Assembly (NCBI GenBank): GCA_031372065.1
Contig: JANMKN010000307.1
Location: 1-11,221 of the forward strand
Direction of reading: 5' to 3'
DNA from: Abditibacteriaceae bacterium
GTDB taxonomy: Bacteria; Armatimonadota; Abditibacteriia; Abditibacteriales; Abditibacteriaceae
Length of the DNA: 11,221 nt
The notes below the pieces were generated by a model that made no database searches, was not told the DNA's origin, and saw only the letters and a program-made list of their open reading frames with translations. Every line of letters starts with the position of its first letter. Position 1 is the first letter of the stretch. Made by a program: the position numbers and the translations under genes. Below are positions 5,768 to 11,221 of the stretch, piece after piece.

Positions 5768-6853
5768 TTAATAGCCGTGTTCGGTTGTTGGTTTTGGCTC
5801 CGGTAATTTGTGAGTGGGATGCTCGGAATCGGGCTGCGGAATCGGACTTAATTCCTTAATGTCTTCTGGTTGTTTCGTAGGTTTTGCTTCGGGTTTCGTT
5901 TCTGGTTTGGTCTCTGGTTTTGGTGCAGTAGTTGGTTGAGGTGTGTTTTGGGCGATACCGAAATCTTTCAACTTGAACGAATCTATGGCGCTGCGAATTT
6001 GCGGAAACACAGCATCGAAATTTTCTTTGGGCGCGCTGCCAAGAATGGCATAGCCGCGTCCGTTGGTTTGAATGCCAATATCAATTTTGCGGCGCGTAAT
6101 GCCGTCTTTGCCCGTTAATTCAAATTCCCAAATCGAGGCAGGTTGACCGGCGAATTCTCCCTCATGAATGCCAAGTGATTTATAGCGGCTGCCATAACGT
6201 TTTTTCAAATCGCGTTCGAGACGCACCCAACCGCTGCGCGGCGAGCCAGCGCCCGCTTTGCCGGTTTCCACTAAAATTTGCGCGCCGTTTTCGTGTTTCC
6301 AAATCGTCCGGCGCCCCGATTGGCTTAAAGCGAATCCGCCCGGCGGCGTCAGTTCATAATCGCGTGCGACATGGGTTTGTGCAGGCGAATTCGCGGGCGG
6401 CGGCGAGGCTTCGGGCTTGGTTTCGCTGTTTGGCAAGTCATTAATTTCAACAGCGGGAGTTTCCTGTGGCGTTGGTGTTTCGGTTTCCGGGTTTTGAATC
6501 ACCAAATCGGGATTCATGATTTCGTTGCCCCGTGGCGCAGCGGAATTCGTGGTGAAATACGGTTTTGTGCCGGGCACCAAACGCCGCATAACTAATGAGC
6601 CGCCCATCACGCAAACCGCGCCCAGTGCCATTGCCACCGCGATAAGAATGGGTAGCGGCGTGCGCTCTTTGGCGATATTAAGGGGTGTGTCCAATGGCAA
6701 GGGTGCGCTCACCGGAGGCGCTGTTGGCGAAGCGACATCGGCATTCGCTTGGGCATCGCTGCCAATGCGAATGGTTTGGGCCGTTGGCGTTGTTCGGCGC
6801 GCGGCGACATCTTCGTGCAACTGCTGTTCAAAAGGTGTTTCGTCGTAAGGCAT
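5768..6853 (-). CDS. Hypothetical single-pass membrane protein with Pro/Thr-rich linkers and a PsbP/Mog1-like domain
   Basis: 361-aa ORF with GGAG RBS (6862-6865) and one hydrophobic helix (LPILIAVAMALGAVCVMGGSLVM). The globular part runs from YELTPPGGF through FAGQPASIWEF and GRGYAI to FPQIRSAIDSFKL, which is the PsbP-like pattern. The fold call is by eye. Confidence 0.75.
   Translation of the reverse strand: MPYDETPFEQQLHEDVAARRTTPTAQTIRIGSDAQANADVASPTAPPVSAPLPLDTPLNIAKERTPLPILIAVAMALGAVCVMGGSLVMRRLVPGTKPYFTTNSAAPRGNEIMNPDLVIQNPETETPTPQETPAVEINDLPNSETKPEASPPPANSPAQTHVARDYELTPPGGFALSQSGRRTIWKHENGAQILVETGKAGAGSPRSGWVRLERDLKKRYGSRYKSLGIHEGEFAGQPASIWEFELTGKDGITRRKIDIGIQTNGRGYAILGSAPKENFDAVFPQIRSAIDSFKLKDFGIAQNTPQPTTAPKPETKPETKPEAKPTKQPEDIKELSPIPQPDSEHPTHKLPEPKPTTEHGY
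5880..5924 (-). repeat. Coding 12-bp repeats (KPET/KPEA) in the C-terminal tail
   Basis: Translation PKPETKPETKPEAKPT with synonymous variation between copies. Boundaries are approximate. Confidence 0.7.
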
Positions 6854-6960
6854 GGTTCAAACTCCGTCGCTTAGTTTACGGCAGTTGGCAAATTGATCTT
6901 ATGGACTGATTCTTATGGCTTGAAAAAATGACGTAAAAAATTTTGAGAGATTATCAAGTT

Positions 6961-6976
6961 CGGCATACAAGTTGCC
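6961..6976 (+). promoter_or_regulatory. Putative sigma54 (-24/-12) promoter
   Basis: CGGCATACAAGTTGCC has GG(6962-63)-N10-GC(6974-75) with GGCA and TTGC half-sites, about 85 bp upstream of the ATG at 7059. Confidence 0.55.
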
Positions 6977-7058
6977 TAATAGATAATTGCTGCACCAAAA
7001 CAGACCAAGAATCTTCAAATTCAAACCTGTGGGTGCAAATCAAAGGAGAGTGTTTGAA

Positions 7059-7331
7059 ATGGGATTACTCTGGGTTATTCTGGCAGGAGCCGCGATTGGC
7101 TGGATCGCTTCGATGATCATGGGCACCGATGGCTCCATGGGTGCTATGGCTAACATCATTGTTGGCTTGGTTGGTGCCGTAATTGGACGCTTCTTAGCTC
7201 CGTTGGTTGGCATGGCGAAGCAGGGCACAGACTTTAGCGTTGGTGGACTGATCTTTGGCATCATCGGCGCCTGCGTTTTGATTGCCATTGTTCGTGCCAT
7301 CTCTGGTGGACGCCGTCACGTAGCGCACTGA
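7059..7331 (+). CDS. GlsB/YeaQ/YmgE family (transglycosylase-associated) stress-response membrane protein, 90 aa
   Basis: WVILAGAAIGWIASMIM...ANIIVGLVGAVIG...GIIGACVLIAI is the typical three-helix pattern. A strong AAAGGAG RBS at 7042-7048 sets the start at 7059 rather than 6987. Confidence 0.92.
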   Translation: MGLLWVILAGAAIGWIASMIMGTDGSMGAMANIIVGLVGAVIGRFLAPLVGMAKQGTDFSVGGLIFGIIGACVLIAIVRAISGGRRHVAH

Positions 7332-7355
7332 TGGACAGACGCAACAAACAATTTG

Positions 7356-7393
7356 AAAAGCCTCTTTCTTCACAGAAAGAGGCTTTTATTTTT
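7356..7393. terminator. Bidirectional intrinsic terminator
   Basis: Perfect 14-bp inverted repeat AAAAGCCTCTTTCT-TCAC-AGAAAGAGGCTTTT (7356-7387) with A/T tracts on both sides. It lies between convergent genes and overlaps the stop codon at 7386-7388. Confidence 0.9.
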
Positions 7394-8420
7394 GTGCGTC
7401 TTGTTTTTTCGTGAAAAGTTCGCGTATGACGCTTTCGATTTCGACATCTTCGACAGTCAGGTCGTCAACCTGAAATTGCTGAAGCAATTGTCCAACGCGT
7501 TGTGGTACCTCGTCGCGCGGCACATGAAGTGAAACGCGCGCTCCTTCGACTTCAATTTCCTCACCAAAATTATTCAGCGTAGTTAATGTTTCGTTGTCGG
7601 GCGTCTTGCTTAAAGTTAAGCGAATCCGCCGCTTATGAGCGATGCTATCGGCTAATTCTTGCAGTTGGCCATCAAAAATCGCGCGGCCTTCGTTAATAAT
7701 AATAACCCGTTTGCACAGCGCTTCAATATCCGCCATATAATGTGAAGTCAGCAAAACGGTGATGCCGTTTTGCTCGTTATATTCGCGCAGGAAGTTGCGA
7801 ATGCGCAACTGCGAAACGACATCCAAGCCGATAGTTGGCTCATCTAAGAACAAAATTTGCGGCGCGTGCAGCAAACTGGCGGCGATTTCGCATTTCATGC
7901 GCTCACCCAGTGAAAGTTTGCGCACCGGAACGTGCAAAAGTTCTTTCAAATCGAGCAGGGTAGTCAGTTCCTCCACTTTCGCGTCAAACTGTGCCTGCGG
8001 CACATCGTAAATGTCGCGGTTTAGCAAAAACGAATCAAGCGCTGGCAAATCCCACCACAGTTGGTTTTTCTGGCCCAGCACCAGCGAAAATCGCGTTTGC
8101 AGAGCCGCTTCGCGCCGCCACGGAACGTGTCCGAGAACTTGCGCGGTGCCCGAAGTGGGATGCAAAACTCCGGCTAACATTTTGAGTGTCGTCGTTTTTC
8201 CGGCACCGTTTGGCCCTAAAAATCCAACAAATTCGCCCGGCTGAATCGAAAACGACACGTCATTTACGGCGACTTTGGTTTTGTATTCGCGGCGCAGCAA
8301 GCCTTTTAAAGCACCGCGCAAGCCCGGTTGCTTGAGATGCGTTGTAAAAGAGCGCGTTAAATGTGTGGCTTCAATGGCTGGTTTCGATGAGGTATCTGAT
8401 AAATCGTGCGGAGCCGTCAT
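7386..8420 (-). CDS. ABC-2-type exporter ATP-binding protein
   Basis: Walker A GPNGAGKT, GQKNQLWWDLP, signature LSLGERMK, Walker B FLDEPTIGLD and H-loop TSHYM. Confidence 0.93.
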   Translation of the reverse strand: MTAPHDLSDTSSKPAIEATHLTRSFTTHLKQPGLRGALKGLLRREYKTKVAVNDVSFSIQPGEFVGFLGPNGAGKTTTLKMLAGVLHPTSGTAQVLGHVPWRREAALQTRFSLVLGQKNQLWWDLPALDSFLLNRDIYDVPQAQFDAKVEELTTLLDLKELLHVPVRKLSLGERMKCEIAASLLHAPQILFLDEPTIGLDVVSQLRIRNFLREYNEQNGITVLLTSHYMADIEALCKRVIIINEGRAIFDGQLQELADSIAHKRRIRLTLSKTPDNETLTTLNNFGEEIEVEGARVSLHVPRDEVPQRVGQLLQQFQVDDLTVEDVEIESVIRELFTKKQDAQK

Positions 8421-8465
8421 GCTGAATGTAGTTTAGCCGTGCCGCCCACATAAAAGCCGTAATTG

Positions 8466-8487
8466 TTCACCCGATTCTTCACCCGAT
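8466..8487 (+). repeat. 10-bp direct repeat overlapping the cyclase start codon
   Basis: TTCACCCGAT at 8466-8475 and 8478-8487. Confidence 0.6.
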
Positions 8488-11221
8488 GAAATCTTCTGAT
8501 ACGCCCCATCCCAACGGCCATGCGCCGGAGAATCCAACGCCGCCAAACGACGCGGAGGATTCTTCGTTGGCAACGGTGGATGGCGCTGCGGCTCAAAAGC
8601 GTGACGATGAAATCGAAGCGCGCGAGGATAAAAAATTATCCGCGTCGGAAAAAGCAAAAAGCAAGGCTAAAAAATCCACCAAAAAACCAAAACCGCGCGC
8701 ACCTAATTATGGGCGCTTCGATTGGGGCGTTTTCCTTAAAGCCCGCCGCTTGGAAATGACGGCGTTGATTATCGCACTATTAGTCAGCAATTTTTTTGTG
8801 CTGCACGTCTGGAATTTTGAACTCCGTTTCAATAAAGCGCGCCAAGCACCGAAATTCTTGCCGCTTTGGCAGCAGTTGGAAGCGATTGAGTTCGCTCTTT
8901 ACGATGCGAGATTCACCAATCGCGGGCCACGTCTTCCTAATTGCGTAGATGACATTGCAATTGTTGGTTTAGATCAGGCTTCGCTTACGGCACTCAAAAC
9001 GTGGCCCACACCGCGCAGTTCGCACGCCAAATTAATCCGCCGCCTAAAAAAAGCCGGGGCCAAAGTCATCGTTTTCGACATGGATTTTGGTGACCGCCAA
9101 AATTTATTAGAAGATACCGAACTGGCAAAAGCGATGGCCGAAGCAGGCAATGTGATTCTGCCTTCGTATGACGATGCGCAAACCGATATTTTGGATGACA
9201 ACCTCAAGCGCGATACACATTTCTTCAATTCACCTTTAACCGCTACCGATTATGATGATTGGTGGTTTCTGGCTGCTAAAGAGACAAAAAACGACCCAAA
9301 AATACAAGCCGCTTACAATTCGTTTAAGGAATTGGGTTTAGACGAGCAAACACCCGATCTGGCTGTGGCTACGTTGGATCAAGATTTAGATAAGGCCTCT
9401 CGAAGATATAGTTTTCGGGCGGAATATCACGATGGCACAGTGCGCGTAGGCGGCTTGGCGGTTTTAGCTGTCGCGCTTTTTGAAAAGAATTTAATAGACG
9501 GCAGAAGAAATGAAGCCTATGAATTAGCTTTGAAAAGCGGCGTATTTCCGACTTTGAATGACAAGATGCAGGTGGTGCCGCTGCAATATACCACGCCTGC
9601 TCATGCCGATGCACCCGTCTTTTACACCACGCCGATTTATTATTGGGGGCCATCCCAAACTTTTGCTACCTATTCGTATGTAAATGTCCTGAGTTTAAAA
9701 ATCCCCTATGACGGCAAGCCAATTGTGCGGGGCTACAGCGATGCGGAAATGAAGAAGCGTTTCAAAGATAAATTAGTTTTTATTGGCTCCACCGCGCATA
9801 TTTTGAAAGACAGATTCCCCGCTCCTTTTTTTGAAACCAGACTTCAAGATACAAGACAAATTGATAACACGGGAGAAATTGATGGCGTGGAAATTCACGC
9901 TTCGGTGGCCGCCATGCTCATGGATGGCGAATATATTCGCACCGTGAAACCGAAAACCACGAGTTCGCTGGTCTATTTACTCAGCCTTTTTGCGGGTCTG
10001 TGGACGGTAATTTTGCGTGGCTGGGTCAATAGCCTGTCGCGCGTGGCACAGGCGCGGGCCAGTAAAATTGGCTTACGCATTGGTTTGCACGCGATTATTT
10101 GGTTTACGCTCTACGCGTTGTTTCTCGTGCCCCCTTTGTTGGGGTTTTGGGCAGTCTGCCAATGGCTTTTTGAAGCGCAAAATTTATGGGTTATCGTGGT
10201 GTATCCGCTCGGCAGCGCGATTACGGCTTCAGTTATGGTGCTAATCATGTTATACGGCGCCGAAAGCGTGGAGCGCCGCAAAACGATAGCCCAATTGGGC
10301 GCTTATGTGGCGCCCGAAGTGCGCGATGAGATTTTGGCGCAAGCCGAAGGCGACTTTGTGCGTCCTCGCCGCGTGGAAGCGACGATGCTTTTCACCGACC
10401 TCGAAGGCTTTACCAGTTACTCCGAAGAACACGAACCCGAAGATGTTGTGGAGGCGCTGAACGATTATTTTGACCGCATGGTGCGCATCATTCGCACGCA
10501 TGGCGGCGGCACTGATAAATTCATCGGCGATGCCGTCATGGCGTTTTTCGGAATTCCCGTGCCGCGCTACGATCATGCTTCGCAAGCCGTGCTGTGCGCC
10601 ATTGCCATGCAAGAAGAATGCGCGCGTTTTCGAGAAGACACCGGCATCGAATTTTATATGCGTATCGGAATCCACTCCGGCGAAATGATCGCGGGCAGCA
10701 TCGGCGCCACGAAATCTGGCTTCCTGAATTACACCACCATCGGCGATACGGTCAATTTGGCCTCGCGACTCGAAGGCAAAAACAAAGAATTCGGCTCGTG
10801 GATTATGTGTTCGGCGACCACTTTTGAAGCGGCGCGCGAACTTGTCGAAGGCGAAAGCGCGCGCGCGCAAATCAAAGGCAAAGCGCAAGAAGTTGAGGTT
10901 TATATTGTGCATGGCTTGAAAGGCCATCGCGAGCAATCCGCCCATTGGGGCCGCGAATTATCGGCACCTGACAGCGCCGCTTTGACGGATGCGCAAAAAG
11001 AAGCCGCCGCTTTTGGCGACAGACGCGATAATCGCGCGCTTTCGGCACCCGCCGAGGAAGTTTCCGAAGGAAAATGGAAAATTTCGAGGAAAAACAGAAA
11101 AATTCGAAGGAAAACAGAGAAAGTTGAGAGGAAAAAACAGAAACGCGTGGTGGTCGCGTTTCTGTGGAAAAATAAAATTATTTTGTCCAGATCGCGGCGA
11201 ATCGAGTTCCGTTCGCGTAAC
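8486..11221 (+). CDS. CHASE2-domain membrane-bound class III adenylate cyclase (3' end outside the window)
   Basis: Hand translation from ATG 8486 stays open to 11221. It gives an N-terminal TM, CHASE2 motifs (LYDARF..RG, IAIVGLDQ, WPTPRS.HAKLI..L..AGAKVIVFDMDF, KDKLVFIGST, GVEIHA), three TM helices, and cyclase motifs FTDLEGFT, DKFIGDAVMAFFG, RIGIHSG, NYTTIGDTVNLASRLE and IKGK. The start codon is uncertain. Confidence 0.92.
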   Translation, partial: MKSSDTPHPNGHAPENPTPPNDAEDSSLATVDGAAAQKRDDEIEAREDKKLSASEKAKSKAKKSTKKPKPRAPNYGRFDWGVFLKARRLEMTALIIALLVSNFFVLHVWNFELRFNKARQAPKFLPLWQQLEAIEFALYDARFTNRGPRLPNCVDDIAIVGLDQASLTALKTWPTPRSSHAKLIRRLKKAGAKVIVFDMDFGDRQNLLEDTELAKAMAEAGNVILPSYDDAQTDILDDNLKRDTHFFNSPLTATDYDDWWFLAAKETKNDPKIQAAYNSFKELGLDEQTPDLAVATLDQDLDKASRRYSFRAEYHDGTVRVGGLAVLAVALFEKNLIDGRRNEAYELALKSGVFPTLNDKMQVVPLQYTTPAHADAPVFYTTPIYYWGPSQTFATYSYVNVLSLKIPYDGKPIVRGYSDAEMKKRFKDKLVFIGSTAHILKDRFPAPFFETRLQDTRQIDNTGEIDGVEIHASVAAMLMDGEYIRTVKPKTTSSLVYLLSLFAGLWTVILRGWVNSLSRVAQARASKIGLRIGLHAIIWFTLYALFLVPPLLGFWAVCQWLFEAQNLWVIVVYPLGSAITASVMVLIMLYGAESVERRKTIAQLGAYVAPEVRDEILAQAEGDFVRPRRVEATMLFTDLEGFTSYSEEHEPEDVVEALNDYFDRMVRIIRTHGGGTDKFIGDAVMAFFGIPVPRYDHASQAVLCAIAMQEECARFREDTGIEFYMRIGIHSGEMIAGSIGATKSGFLNYTTIGDTVNLASRLEGKNKEFGSWIMCSATTFEAARELVEGESARAQIKGKAQEVEVYIVHGLKGHREQSAHWGRELSAPDSAALTDAQKEAAAFGDRRDNRALSAPAEEVSEGKWKISRKNRKIRRKTEKVERKKQKRVVVAFLWKNKIILSRSRRIEFRSRN
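11060..11143 (+). repeat. Four degenerate purine-rich 21-bp tandem units
   Basis: GTTTCCGAAGGAAAATGGAAA / ATTTCGAGGAAAAACAGAAAA / ATTCGAAGGAAAACAGAGAAA / GTTGAGAGGAAAAAACAGAAA. Confidence 0.7.

Noticed and set aside
6987..7058. Upstream TTG start for the GlsB/YeaQ gene
   Set aside because: The strong RBS and the family N-terminus support ATG at 7059.
6991..7058. Riboswitch in the GlsB/YeaQ leader (TGCACC/GGTGCA and TTCAAAC/GTTTGAA pairs)
   Set aside because: Only 6-7 bp helices and no recognisable aptamer motif, so it could be chance.
5870..8244. Alternative ORFs overlapping the membrane protein, the GlsB/YeaQ gene and the ABC-2 ATPase
   Set aside because: Antisense or out-of-frame overlaps of better-supported genes.
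8433..10827. Short ORFs at 8433-8657, 8520-8759, 8974-9228, 9369-9653, 10017-10244, 10470-10688 and 10594-10827
   Set aside because: All overlap the long CHASE2-cyclase frame in other frames or on the other strand.
10250..10945. 231-aa minus-strand ORF
   Set aside because: Antisense shadow of the cyclase catalytic domain, with no recognisable motifs.

Overview
GC-rich bacterial chromosomal window with no sign of phage, IS or CRISPR. The + strand carries murD, ftsW, a BadF-family sugar kinase and an orphan oligopeptide ABC ATPase. These are followed by a 15-unit 21-bp tandem array ending in a hairpin/terminator. Next come a minus-strand membrane-anchored protein with a PsbP-like domain, a small GlsB/YeaQ/YmgE protein behind a sigma54-like motif, and a minus-strand orphan ABC-2 ATPase. 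The last gene is a CHASE2-class III adenylate cyclase (8486 to >11221) that the ORF track missed because it runs off the window. The most unusual signals are non-coding: the 21-bp array with alternating fixed and variable blocks, a second 21-bp purine-rich array at the right end, two palindromes built from 7-bp units flanking the kinase gene, and a pair of LacI/PurR-like operators 42 bp apart. All family calls come from motifs read by eye and no searches were run. I cannot demonstrate a new system. The repeat elements are the best leads.
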